From Candidatus Delongbacteria bacterium (GTDB lineage Bacteria > CAIWAD01): a stretch of DNA of 64,000 nucleotides. A program made the position numbers and the translations under genes. The notes below the pieces were generated by a model. The model saw nothing but the letters and a program-made list of their open reading frames with translations, was not told where the DNA came from and searched no databases. The stretch is taken from NCBI GenBank assembly GCA_963663545.1, contig OY760505.1, positions 3,616,001 to 3,680,000 on the forward strand. Reading direction: 5' to 3'. This document shows, in pieces, positions 55,501-64,000 of this stretch; position 1 is the stretch's first letter, and the number at the start of each line of letters is the position of its first letter.

Positions 55501-55911
55501 CAGCAAGGGCGTACACTAGTCAGGGAGCAAATTATCAAGATTTTAAAGCGACATTTGCAAGCATCCGGCGTCAGCACCGACTGCTGGTTCGAGCAGGGAA
55601 ACATCGTCTTTCCCAAGGGATTTTGGACCATGACCCCGGACGAAGTGTATAATTTCCCCAATATCCAAGGGCTTTGTCTAAATGCAAAGAGACAGTACCC
55701 AAAAATGATCGACTATTGTGAGGAGCGAACGCGAGAATACGTTCCCGAAGGTTGGCAAGGCGAGAAGCCCTATTGGAATACCACCTGGGTGCAAGGCGGG
55801 GAGTCCCACTCTTTCGTACCGATCAAGGTCTTTGATATTCCCCTGCCGCGTGGGACTAGTAATACCAACGTTGCCCCTATACCACGTTTACCACAGCTTA
55901 AACCACGTTGA
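52556..55911 (+). pseudogene. Large secreted vWA-like protein, frameshifted
   Basis: AGGAGG + MRKLFILF signal peptide at 52556; EVVFVVDGT, ILVYRD, LRLVVLLGD vWA-like strands spread over successive frames. Confidence 0.55.
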
Positions 55912-55936
55912 CCACGGGAAAAAGAAGGAGAAAAAA

Positions 55937-58513
55937 ATGAACGCACGCAAAACCATTTTCCAAATTTGCGGACTCACCCATCACTACCCACGCGAAGAGC
56001 GACCGGCCCTGGCCGATTTTTCCCTGCGCGTGAGTGAAGGCGAGCGGGTGGCTATCCTGGGAATTTCCGGAAGCGGCAAAACCACTGTTCTCAATATTGT
56101 CGGCCTTTTGGAAGACATCCACAGCGGCAGTGTAGTTTATTGCGATGCCGAGGGGCGCGCCTGGGAGTACCATCATGCGAATGGCAAAAACAACGCCGAA
56201 TCGGCGCAGATTTTGCCGACATCGCGACGCCGGGACATCCGCCGCCAAGATTTCGCCTTTGTCATGCAGGACGCCCATTTATGGCATTATCTCTCCGGCC
56301 TGGAAAACAGCATCGAATCGCTGATCCTTTCCGGATATGCGCCGACTGTCGCACGAAAGACAGCGGCAGCAGAGCTTCTTCCTCTATTTATGTTCGGCGG
56401 CAATGGCGACTCCGATCCCGGGGACAAAAGGAGCGACGTCGAGTGTCTGATGCGCAAAACCTCGGCACGCCTATCCGGTGGTCAACGAACGCGAATGGCA
56501 ATTGGTCGGGCGCTGGTGCGGCGACCGCGTGTGCTTTTTCTCGACGAGCCCAATGCCTCCTCAGATCCGATTACCGCCAGCAACAACAATCGCTGCATCC
56601 GCGCCTGCCTGGACCAGAGCGCGACTACGGTATTTCTCGTCTCGCATCGCTATGAAGATGCCCTGGAATTGGGTTGCCAGCGCTTTCTCTTTCTTGAAGG
56701 CGGCAAAATCAAACCAGTGCTGGTAAATGGTCAAAAACAAAACGAATTGCCACGTTTTGACGGCATTAGCCTCTCGGATCTAGAAAGCGCCCGCGACGGG
56801 CAAAACATCGAAATTGCGAAAGACAAGTTGATTCCATCCCCGCAAATACCGGAAAGCATCCGCCCCGCCCCTAAACGAAAAATTTTCGCTGCTACCGGCC
56901 TGCTGTGCTGGCACCTGCACGCGGTGCTAAAAGACATTTTTTCCCCGCGTTCGCGCCTCTTTGTACTGGTGATCGGCGTGGTTTCATTTTTTGCGGCGCT
57001 CTCTTATTGTTTTACCAGCGGACTTGCCGGCGCCACGGTCACACAGCTTAAGAGCGCCATCGAAAACGAACCGGATTTTCGCAATATCACGGTCATGCGC
57101 CGCCCGCTGGCCGGATCGCCGGATATTTCCCATGAAGAAAGAAGAAAACTGGGGCAGATTGCCGGGGTAGAGGGGGTCTACAGCATGGACGCGCCCGGGC
57201 TTCTCATTCACTGGGACGGCCAAAATCCCCTCTCTGGGCTCAGTGGTCGCTGCCTGGAGCCGAACGACGCGGAGGCAAAGCGGTTCAGCCTGTACTATTC
57301 TGTCCCGAAAACCGGCGATGCACGCTTTTGTTGCGGCATTGTCCTGTGCCAGCGCGCTTTTTCGCAGGCGCAGCAGGCCGGGGCAATTCGCGTTGACGAT
57401 CGGGGGAATCAGACCTTGATGGTGTACAAGACCCGAGAAAACGAAAAACGCCAGAAACTAATCGACGAGCAACTAGAACTCCCCATTATCGGCGTCCACA
57501 GTGACAAGGATCTCCCCTACGCCGATTTCCTTCTCCCTTGGGAATTCGGCCTGGCTTACGGGGGACGGCTCGGCGCACCCTGGCATAGATCATGGGGATT
57601 GTTGTTTGCCCGTCCTGATGGCCGTGCTCTCCGCCCTTCCCATCGTCGCGTAACTCTTCTGAAATTTCACTGTCTTGGGTTGCCAGCAAAGCAGAAAGTG
57701 CAGGTGCAGACGGCCGCAGCGAATGTCGCCCGCGCCTTTGCTCTCGGCAAAGTGAAAGTTTTCTGGAATGCGGGGATGGCGGCTTTTATCATCGATATGG
57801 ATATACCTCCCGGTCGCGATGTTTGGGAAGAAGCAATAAAAAAAATTTTACACTTTTTACATCAGACTTTACCCAACGGGGCTCTTGTCGAACCCAAATG
57901 TATCATGCAGAATATGGAACTCAAGCCTTTTCCTAAAAAGAAATTGGCGACATTCGAACCTGGTCGCCTCAGCGTATACGTCAAAACCCTGGAAGACCTG
58001 TGGCCGGTCATGCAGAAAATCGCTAGCGGCTCTCTGTACCCGAAATCGCGTCATTTACGCTCCCTGGCCATTCTGAAAAGCATCGGCGACATTCTCTCGA
58101 CGCTGTTGTGGGTCACTCTGGGGCTGTTCTCGTTCTTCGGCGTCGTGGCCATCGGTTCCTCGTCCATCGCTCTCGTAGAGCGAAATCGCGGCGAAATCGG
58201 CATCAGCCTGGGATTCGGCTCCAGTCCGGCGCGGATTTTGAGCCATTACCTGGCCGTAGGTTTTCTCACCACTATGTTTTTCGGTATTCTTGCGGTCCTC
58301 ACCGCCACGCTTTTGAAAAATACGGTGATTGTTCCGATTATCAAAAAAATAAGTGAAGATCTAGGAATCCCCTTTTTCTTTTACATGGGAACATACGATT
58401 ATCTCCTGGCCGTATTCGTTCCGATCGCAGTCACCATTGTCGCTATAGCCATCCCTACGATCTGGAACATGCTCCTTTCTCCGGCTACCTTGTTGCGATC
58501 CAGAGTGTCGTAA
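55937..58513 (+). CDS. ABC ATPase-FtsX-type permease fusion (MacB/TagT-TagS-like)
   Basis: GISGSGKTT, LSGGQ, LFLDEP, VSH; ERNRGEIGISLGFG FtsX motif; AAGGAG RBS before ATG 55937. Confidence 0.85.
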   Translation: MNARKTIFQICGLTHHYPREERPALADFSLRVSEGERVAILGISGSGKTTVLNIVGLLEDIHSGSVVYCDAEGRAWEYHHANGKNNAESAQILPTSRRRDIRRQDFAFVMQDAHLWHYLSGLENSIESLILSGYAPTVARKTAAAELLPLFMFGGNGDSDPGDKRSDVECLMRKTSARLSGGQRTRMAIGRALVRRPRVLFLDEPNASSDPITASNNNRCIRACLDQSATTVFLVSHRYEDALELGCQRFLFLEGGKIKPVLVNGQKQNELPRFDGISLSDLESARDGQNIEIAKDKLIPSPQIPESIRPAPKRKIFAATGLLCWHLHAVLKDIFSPRSRLFVLVIGVVSFFAALSYCFTSGLAGATVTQLKSAIENEPDFRNITVMRRPLAGSPDISHEERRKLGQIAGVEGVYSMDAPGLLIHWDGQNPLSGLSGRCLEPNDAEAKRFSLYYSVPKTGDARFCCGIVLCQRAFSQAQQAGAIRVDDRGNQTLMVYKTRENEKRQKLIDEQLELPIIGVHSDKDLPYADFLLPWEFGLAYGGRLGAPWHRSWGLLFARPDGRALRPSHRRVTLLKFHCLGLPAKQKVQVQTAAANVARAFALGKVKVFWNAGMAAFIIDMDIPPGRDVWEEAIKKILHFLHQTLPNGALVEPKCIMQNMELKPFPKKKLATFEPGRLSVYVKTLEDLWPVMQKIASGSLYPKSRHLRSLAILKSIGDILSTLLWVTLGLFSFFGVVAIGSSSIALVERNRGEIGISLGFGSSPARILSHYLAVGFLTTMFFGILAVLTATLLKNTVIVPIIKKISEDLGIPFFFYMGTYDYLLAVFVPIAVTIVAIAIPTIWNMLLSPATLLRSRVS

Positions 58514-58593
58514 CGTACCGGCATGGTGCCAGTACGATAAAATCGGCGGTCCCAAGGGCCGCCTTACATTCATTTTACAGAAAGGTAATTATT

Positions 58594-58749
58594 ATGAGAT
58601 CCATCGCAATATTTATGTTATCACTATTGTTTTTGGGGTTCGCTTCCGAGGCGATAGCGCAAGAGACAGCTTTGGCTCTGGATGCAAATACGCTCGATAG
58701 CAGAAACTCTCGATCCATCGTTGCTGGCTTAGATGGCGGGAATTCTTGA
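58594..58749 (+). CDS. Small signal-peptide ORF (51 aa), possibly a remnant
   Basis: GAAAGG RBS; MRSIAIFMLSLLFLGFASEAIAQ. Confidence 0.45.
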   Translation: MRSIAIFMLSLLFLGFASEAIAQETALALDANTLDSRNSRSIVAGLDGGNS

Positions 58750-58798
58750 TCCATAGGCTAATTTTGATTTTATGTTTTACCGTAAGAAAGGAAAAAAA

Positions 58799-59674
58799 AT
58801 GAAAGTACGGGCAATATTCATTGTATTGTTTTTATTGTTAGCTGCCAACATGATCGCACCCCAGAGTGCATTGACAGTAGACAATACCATCCAAAATGTG
58901 AGAGCTGAAATTCAAAAATTGGCAAGCGAAATTCAAAAATTGCACGCACAAGTCACGGCACAAAAAAAAGTCGTGGTGGACGCTAGCGGCAATATTCCGC
59001 CTCAAAACATAGAATTGATCTTACAGTGTCACCAGTTGCAAATGCTGCAACTGCAAAAACAGTTACTCGAACAGAAGGTGACCATTATCGAGCAAGCTAG
59101 AAATGCGAGAAATACCCCTCCTATCGGCACGATAATTCTGGTGGCAACCGATAAAATCCCAGCAGGATATCTGCTATGTGATGGCAGAACTGTCGCCATA
59201 GAAAAATATCAGAAACTGTTCAAAGTTATTGGTACCACATGGGGAAAAGCTAATAATAGTATGATGTTTAAAATCCCGGATTTGCGTGGACAATTTATTC
59301 GTATTCTCGATCAAGGAAAAGGACTTGATCCTGGCCGTAAGTTAGGACAATTTCAAGATGGCGCCACGGCCATGCCCAAGAATCATTTTGTTACTGAAAA
59401 CTCCGGTGAACATTCTCATTCCATGAGCCCTTCCGGACACCATTCGCATGGAACACATGCGTATCTCGGACCTGGTGGACCAATGGCTGCCGATCGTGGA
59501 ACTGGAGCATTTGGGCATGGTCGGTGCGTTAATGGCTGGCACAGTGGCACTCATGGTGTCGGAGACCACACTCACACCGTACAAAAGAACGGTACTCACA
59601 GGCATACGATTACCGGCGGCGATAAAGAAACCCGGCCTGTTAGTCAAGCATTAATAGCTTGCATTAAATATTGA
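58799..59674 (+). CDS. Signal peptide + coiled coil + phage tail-collar domain + HxH fibre tip
   Basis: PIGTI...IPAGYLLCDG...LFKVIGTTWG...IPDLRGQFIR; four HxH motifs; ETRP...IACIKY. Confidence 0.88.
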   Translation: MKVRAIFIVLFLLLAANMIAPQSALTVDNTIQNVRAEIQKLASEIQKLHAQVTAQKKVVVDASGNIPPQNIELILQCHQLQMLQLQKQLLEQKVTIIEQARNARNTPPIGTIILVATDKIPAGYLLCDGRTVAIEKYQKLFKVIGTTWGKANNSMMFKIPDLRGQFIRILDQGKGLDPGRKLGQFQDGATAMPKNHFVTENSGEHSHSMSPSGHHSHGTHAYLGPGGPMAADRGTGAFGHGRCVNGWHSGTHGVGDHTHTVQKNGTHRHTITGGDKETRPVSQALIACIKY

Positions 59675-60048
59675 TGCGGGATTTTACAAATGAATGAAAG
59701 CTAACATGACAACAAAAGAGACTATTATCAATCAAATCCCAGATACGGAACCTATGTTGCAATTGATTTTAGATATGGTCGAGGCATAAATATAGTATAT
59801 TTATGGTATAGGAATTTTCTTTTTTTTCGACTGAAATTGCAGACGTTTAGAAATTTTCCCTAATGACATCGTGCTCGTGCTCGTGCTCGTAATCGTCATC
59901 GGAATTTTATGAATCGATTACTATTACGAATTACGAGCACGCGCACGAAAAAAATCCGTCGCGAAGCGGCGCTAACTTGAAAACTCACCTTTACTCACAG
60001 GAATACGATTACCGGCGGCGATAAAGAAACCCGGCCTGTTAGTCAAGA

Positions 60049-60118
60049 AGCAATGGTGCCAGGCATCGGAGCAATGGTGCCAGGCATCGGAGCAATGGTG
60101 CCAGGCATCGGAGCAATG
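60049..60118 (+). repeat. Orphan array of the RAYT right-end 21-mer (3.3 units)
   Basis: agcaatggtgccaggcatcgg x3 + agcaatg. Confidence 0.92.
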
Positions 60119-61122
60119 TCCCCTACGCCGATTTCCTTCTCCCTTGGGAATTCGGCCTGGCTTACGGGGGACGGCTCGGCGCACCCTGGCATAGATCATG
60201 GGGATTGTTGTTTGCCCGTCCTGATGGCCGTGCTCTCCGCCCTTCCCATCGTCGCGTAACTCTTCTGAAATTTCACTGTCTTGGGTTGCCAGCAAAGCAG
60301 AAAGTGCAGGTGCAGACGGCCGCAGCGAATGTCGCCCGCGCCTTTGCTCTCGGCAAAGTGAAAGTTTTCTGGAATGCGGGGATGGCGGCTTTTATCATCG
60401 ATATGGATATACCTCCCGGTCGCGATGTTTGGGAAGAAGCAATAAAAAAAATTTTACACTTTTTACATCAGACTTTACCCAACGGGGCTCTTGTCGAACC
60501 CAAATGTATCATGCAGAATATGGAACTCAAGCCTTTTCCTAAAAAGAAATTGGCGACATTCGAACCTGGTCGCCTCAGCGTATACGTCAAAACCCTGGAA
60601 GACCTGTGGCCGGTCATGCAGAAAATCGCTAGCGGCTCTCTGTACCCGAAATCGCGTCATTTACGCTCCCTGGCCATTCTGAAAAGCATCGGCAACATTC
60701 TCTCGACGCTGTTGTGGGTGACTCTGGGGCTGTTCTCGTTCTTCGGCGTCGTGGCCATCGGTTCCTCGTCCATCGCTCTCGTAGAGCGAAATCGCGGCGA
60801 AATCGGCATCAGCCTGGCCCTTGGCACCAGCCCGAGACAGATCTTGACTCATTACCTGGCGGTGGGGATTTTCATCACACTGTTATTCGGTCTTCTAGCT
60901 CTGGTGGCTGCCAATTTGCTGGAAAGCGCGCTGATTGTCCCGATTATTCGCAAGATCAGCGAGGATCTGGGCATCCCTTTTTCTTTTGGCCTGGGGTTAC
61001 CTGATTATCTCATCGCGATTTTGGTTCCCACAGGGGTAACCATGATCTCGATCGCGGTCCCCACGGCCTGGAACATGCTCCGTTTTTCGCCCGCCGCGCT
61101 GCTGCGGTACAGGGCATCGTAG
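60119..61122 (+). pseudogene. 5'-truncated second copy of the FtsX permease with divergent 3' end
   Basis: 60119..60817 matches 57513..58211 (two substitutions seen), then diverges while staying homologous. Confidence 0.85.
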
Positions 61123-61159
61123 TTTTATATATTTTTATCGACCGACAGAAAGGAAAAAA

Positions 61160-62035
61160 ATGAAAGCTATCGCAATATCGCTGTTATCATTTTTGTTGTT
61201 GGCTTGCGGAATGGCAGCCCAGTCCACGCCGGCAGCGACCATCCAAAATCTGAAAGCGGAAATCCAAAAATTAGACCTGGAGATCCAGACATTGGTAGCC
61301 CGCGTGGCGGCCCAAAAAGTCACCGAGGGGCAGTCCGTGGCTGGCAATATCCAGCCCCACTCTATTGAATTGACCTTGCAGTGTCAGCAATTGGAAATGC
61401 TGCGAATGCGCAAAGGGATGCTCACCCATGAAATAGAACTGTGGCGTCTGCGGGAGCAACTAGAAGAAGTGAAAAAACAATCTCCTCCGATTGGTACGGT
61501 GATTATGATCGCTGCCGATAGAATACCAAAAGGATATCTGCTATGTGATGGGCGTGCTGTAAGCCGCGAACGTTATAAAGCGCTCTTTGAAGTTATCGGA
61601 ACTACCTGGGGCGCAGGTGACCACAGCACTACATTCAATTTACCGGAAATGCGCGGAGAGTTTGTACGTTTTCTGGATAAGGGACGTCAAGTCGATCCTG
61701 GCAGGATCTTGGGACAATGGCAAAATTGGACGACCGCTATGCCAAAGAATAGGTTTAAGACTACGACAGATGGACAGCATACGCATGGGATGACCGCGGC
61801 AGGCGCGCATCGACACGACGTTGTTGGGTATTATGCTTGGGATTCAACCCCTGCTAGCATTGGCAGCTGTGTAGCCGTAACACTGGATCGGCAAAATCAT
61901 GGTGGACTTATAAGAGGTGTGGGAAATCATACCCACACTATCGAGGACAACGGCCAGCATACCCATCAGATTAATGGGGGCGATAATGAAACCCGCCCCA
62001 GAAATCAGGCATTGGTCGGTTGTATAAAGTATTGA
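61160..62035 (+). CDS. Second tail-collar/HxH fibre protein with signal peptide (possible lipobox LLAC)
   Basis: Same architecture as 58799..59674 with a different tip loop. Confidence 0.88.
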   Translation: MKAIAISLLSFLLLACGMAAQSTPAATIQNLKAEIQKLDLEIQTLVARVAAQKVTEGQSVAGNIQPHSIELTLQCQQLEMLRMRKGMLTHEIELWRLREQLEEVKKQSPPIGTVIMIAADRIPKGYLLCDGRAVSRERYKALFEVIGTTWGAGDHSTTFNLPEMRGEFVRFLDKGRQVDPGRILGQWQNWTTAMPKNRFKTTTDGQHTHGMTAAGAHRHDVVGYYAWDSTPASIGSCVAVTLDRQNHGGLIRGVGNHTHTIEDNGQHTHQINGGDNETRPRNQALVGCIKY

Positions 62036-62330
62036 TACGGGTGTAAAAAATCGATTTCTTTTTGCCGTAGATGCGGCAGAGAACAGGATGCAGGATTATC
62101 ATAGAGCCAGTAACTGGGAGGTCGTCTGCTGGGTACTACCTGCATCCGTGTCACGTCCCTGAGTGACTAACAATCAGCGATGTCCAACATCACCTGTTAC
62201 AGCATAACAATAATTAGAAAATCTCCTACATTTAATTTTGCGGGAAGGAAAACCATGAAAACAATCGTAATATTCATTCTGGCATCATTTTTCTTGTTCG
62301 CTCTGGAAATAACTCTGTAACCGTCCGACT

Positions 62331-62537
62331 CTAGTTTAGTTCTGGTCCATGGCGAATAACTACTGTAGTGATCGTTTTGCTCGGTACCTCATAAAATCTG
62401 GCAACATTTTCCCGGGTTGCCCATCCGGTTCCCGGCAGCATAACCAGGCTGCCAATGCGTTCTAAAATGCCCAGGTTTTCTTCTACGCACAAAATATTGC
62501 GCAGGGAATAACTTTCCATAATTACCGCTTGGTTCAT
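62331..62537 (-). pseudogene. Truncated phage antirepressor-like N-terminal domain
   Basis: ES.SLR...LE.I..L.MLP....AT.E.VA.FYEV..KTI...V.RH..EL pattern; AGGAG RBS. Confidence 0.5.
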
Positions 62538-62578
62538 AAGCGACTCCTAAATTTAAGCGTAACCTTTTTAATTGCAAA

Positions 62579-62617
62579 ATGTTAGCAAAAACTTCATTAT
62601 GAAGTTTTTGCTAACAT
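62579..62617. promoter_or_regulatory. 39-bp perfect inverted repeat between divergent genes (operator candidate)
   Basis: atgttagcaaaaacttcat-t-atgaagtttttgctaacat; extra half-site at 62707..62725. Confidence 0.65.
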
Positions 62618-62867
62618 AGCTTGCAATAATAAGTTAAACATTTTTTGTCTGATTAGAAAATGATTTCAGCAAAGGCTTATTTCCTTTATTGATAATTTAC
62701 CAATAGGTTAGCAAAAACTTCATTAGTGTAGCCAAAGTTTGCCAGTCCGTGATTGTTAATTGCAATTACGAATATTCGCAATTACGGTTAATAGATTATA
62801 CGAACAATAATTATGATTTGTCAAGCTGAAAGTTCTGTGCTATGCTATAGGTAATGGGAGGTATGGA

Positions 62868-63314
62868 TTGAATAAGCTCGTATTTGCTATGGATATAGGA
62901 GAGAATAATTTGTTGGGACCGGAGCAGCATTACAAAAGAGAATTAATGAGAGCGTGTACGCTTTCTGTTGAAGAGACGAGTCAAATTATTGGAGTATCGG
63001 CCACCGCTATCAAACAGTTATTTACGAAAAACAAAAGTGATTTTACCATAAAGTTCTTGTCATTGGCGGATTTGGACATCGAAAAATTGAAGAATGGCAG
63101 CTATGCTCGAGAAAAAATCGGTGTCGTCATTGAGCCACGCGGGTCGCAAACTGTGGCTTATCGGCTTTTCTTTCATGCTATTCAGAAACTGATCGAAAAA
63201 GTTTTTTCGCGTTATTCCCAGGCGGATTTGGGGAAATATGTCGCATTAGAGTCGGAGAAGATAGAGTTGCGCAAAAAGCTGTTGCTGGAGTTATTGGAGG
63301 GATATAGGAAATAG
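62868..63314 (+). CDS. Putative helix-turn-helix DNA-binding protein
   Basis: GGAGG RBS; LSVEETSQIIGVSATAIKQLF HTH-like segment. Confidence 0.55.
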   Translation: MNKLVFAMDIGENNLLGPEQHYKRELMRACTLSVEETSQIIGVSATAIKQLFTKNKSDFTIKFLSLADLDIEKLKNGSYAREKIGVVIEPRGSQTVAYRLFFHAIQKLIEKVFSRYSQADLGKYVALESEKIELRKKLLLELLEGYRK

Positions 63315-63569
63315 TCATGAAGACCCAACCGTCACGAGCGGAGATCACCGCCGCAAAAAGTTCGACAGCGAAGCCGAACCAAGAGCGAATTGCACCGCCA
63401 CGAGCGAAAATCATCCTGGTCACTCCCGGCCGGCAAGCGTTGCAAGCGGCGGTCGGAAAAACGGCGGCATTGGCCTGGAAACAATCGTACGGAGCCGGGC
63501 ACCTTTGCAAAATCAGGGAATTATCGGCGAAACGGAGAAAAACACTACGCGGAACAGCAGTCCAATTTT

Positions 63570-64000
63570 AGCAATGGTGCCAGGCATCGAAGCAATGGTG
63601 CCAGGCATCGAAGCAATGGTGCCAGGCATCGAAGCAATGGTGCCAGGCATCGAAGCAATGGTGCCAGGCATCGAAGCAATGGTGCCAGGCATCGAAGCAA
63701 TGGTGCCAGGCATCGAAGCAATGGTGCCAGGCATCGAAGCAAAAAAAAGCTTACAATGATGTCAGATATGGCAACAAAAAGGTTAGTATTCGGATAAAAT
63801 ACGGATTGGATTTGCAGAAATTTGGGTAGGAGTCCAGCAGAAGACTAAAAATGGCATTAAAATACAAAAAATGGCGAAATGTAGACAGAGTATGGTTGTA
63901 GTAGAGAAAAGCAAACAGTAGCAGATAAAAGCAAAAGCTTATTACACGGGGAAAGCGTTGCGTCTTATGGAAACGTGTTCCCCCCAAGCATATATCTTGC
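63570..64000 (-). mobile_element. RAYT-like element copy 3 (right end, inverted; continues beyond window)
   Basis: 8 perfect agcaatggtgccaggcatcga units, then the reverse complement of ~16530-16790. Confidence 0.9.
63942..64000 (-). CDS. C-terminus of third RAYT-like transposase (partial)
   Basis: Reverse strand reads KIYAWGEHVSIRRNAFPV-stop. Confidence 0.88.
   Translation of the reverse strand, partial: KIYAWGEHVSIRRNAFPV

Noticed and set aside
58514..58537. Hairpin cgtaccggcatggtgccagtacg containing atggtgccag after the ABC gene
   Set aside because: Only a 10-nt match to the element end with no array or duplication; could be chance or an mRNA hairpin
59706..59789. 27-aa ORF loosely like a small antitoxin N-terminus
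   Set aside because: Too short, and no partner toxin adjacent
59992..60047. DGR template repeat for the upstream fibre gene (single mismatch is an A in the copy)
   Set aside because: Only one mismatch, it covers the conserved C-terminus rather than the variable tip, and no reverse transcriptase is in the window
58799..62035. Prophage or tailocin locus
   Set aside because: No capsid, terminase, sheath, tube or baseplate genes recognised; the fibres carry signal peptides
63570..63740. CRISPR array interpretation of the 21-bp arrays (also 15365-15715, 21433-21594, 60049-60118)
   Set aside because: Units are contiguous or separated by irregular copies of adjacent DNA, not unique constant-length spacers; no cas genes seen
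1..64000. tRNA or rRNA genes
   Set aside because: None recognised by eye; tRNAscan-SE and Infernal would be needed to exclude them

Overview
Bacterial chromosome segment, probably Planctomycetota (inferred from CPCG...CPxC zinc-ribbon proteins, a kinase-FGE fusion, paired MoxR ATPases and an N-terminally short DnaA-like gene). The 0-15 kb and 23-45 kb stretches are mostly housekeeping or envelope genes (xseA, psd, CCA-adding enzyme, rpmH, DnaA-like, add, GDPD, Omp85, GT2-GtrA), punctuated by about 15 copies or fragments of a ~160-bp MITE-like repeat and other short repeat families. Two accessory regions stand out. (1) A RAYT-like HUH-Y1 transposase element occurs in three near-identical copies (15.9 kb, 20.5 kb, window end). 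Its inverted ends (core GGTGCCAGGCATC) are amplified into stuttered tandem arrays, and those arrays sit at the junctions of several local duplications of 41 bp to ~1.2 kb. (2) At 50-62 kb, an operon of secreted proteins (including a vWA-like protein) and an ABC ATPase-FtsX permease fusion is followed by signal-peptide-bearing phage tail-collar/HxH needle-fibre genes. A second cassette (partial permease copy plus a fibre with a different tip) is joined on through one of those end arrays. The best candidate for an undescribed system is this HUH transposase/end-array machinery as a generator of local duplications and cassettes, here acting on an exported tail-fibre locus; the mechanism is inference. 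Caveat: 45.8-55.9 kb is dense with single-base frameshifts, often in homopolymers, which may be sequencing error. All family assignments are by eye, with no database searches.
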